Positions 63,560 through 64,000 of a stretch of DNA of 64,000 bases are shown here, in pieces (the stretch's first letter is position 1; every line of letters starts with the position of its first letter). The notes beneath the pieces were generated by a model. It made no database searches and was not told where the DNA came from. It saw only the letters and a list, made by a program, of their open reading frames with translations. The stretch spans positions 9,920,001-9,984,000 of the forward strand of contig CM060731.1 in the NCBI GenBank assembly GCA_030704615.1, written 5' to 3'. The translations under genes and the position numbers were made by a program. The stretch comes from Takakia lepidozioides (lineage: Eukaryota; Plantae; Bryophyta).

Positions 63560-64000
63560 GCAATCCCAAGCTACCTAGACGACAAACAATTCACATGCAA
63601 AGGGCTGGCTTGCGGCTGGCCACTTTCAACTTCTCAGGGCTTACTAACCAAAGGAAACAACTCGAAGTGGGACAAGTCCTTCGGACTAATGATATTCATA
63701 TCTGTGCTGGGCAAGAAACATGGGAAACTTCGGATAAACTGGTTGGAGATGTCAATGGTTATAAATGGGCAGGTAGGATGTGTACTCTCAAGGCAGCCTC
63801 TGCCAAATGCGGTAAAAAAGGGGTTGGATTCTTTGTCCGTGATTTCTTGTTTGATAATTGTGAAATTATCAACAAGGGTTTGAGGTACGAACATAGTATC
63901 TGGCTAAAACTGAATCTGAAGGGCGGCATGAGTACGAAGGACCTCTTTGTGGGTTGTGTTTACATGCCCACAGAGGGGACCCTTAGTGCTGACGCAGACA
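63560..64000 (+). mobile_element. LINE apurinic-like endonuclease (start of ORF2), runs off the window
   Basis: DIHICAGQETWE, NGYKW, KGVGFFVR, SIWLKL, LFVGCVYMP. Confidence 0.75.

Overview
Repeat-rich nuclear DNA from a land plant, probably a non-seed plant (inferred from the ARK gene and a Tcn1-like chromovirus). It holds one intact host gene, a 19-exon armadillo-repeat kinesin (ARK, 36404-51066, +, ~1047 aa), whose introns contain many LINE tails. The rest is nested mobile DNA: Ty3/gypsy, CACTA, several LINEs, a foldback element and a hAT-like insertion. The main discovery is a ~13.7-kb DNA transposon with a Mutator-like DDE/SWIM transposase. It carries a spliced gene for a ParB/Srx-like domain fused to a beta-class N6A/N4C DNA methyltransferase fold, and a 3.5-kb tandem array of ~30 long palindromes centred on CG-TTGN-CG. 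The same palindrome core, with different arms, recurs in two short relatives at 53.4-57.2 kb. The element now lies in two pieces (14913-26708 on +, 1971-3895 on -) because of a ~22.8-kb inversion or misassembly. That reconstruction rests on a 13-bp LINE target-site duplication and on complementary transposase and gypsy halves. All domain calls come from reading motifs by eye, not from database searches.
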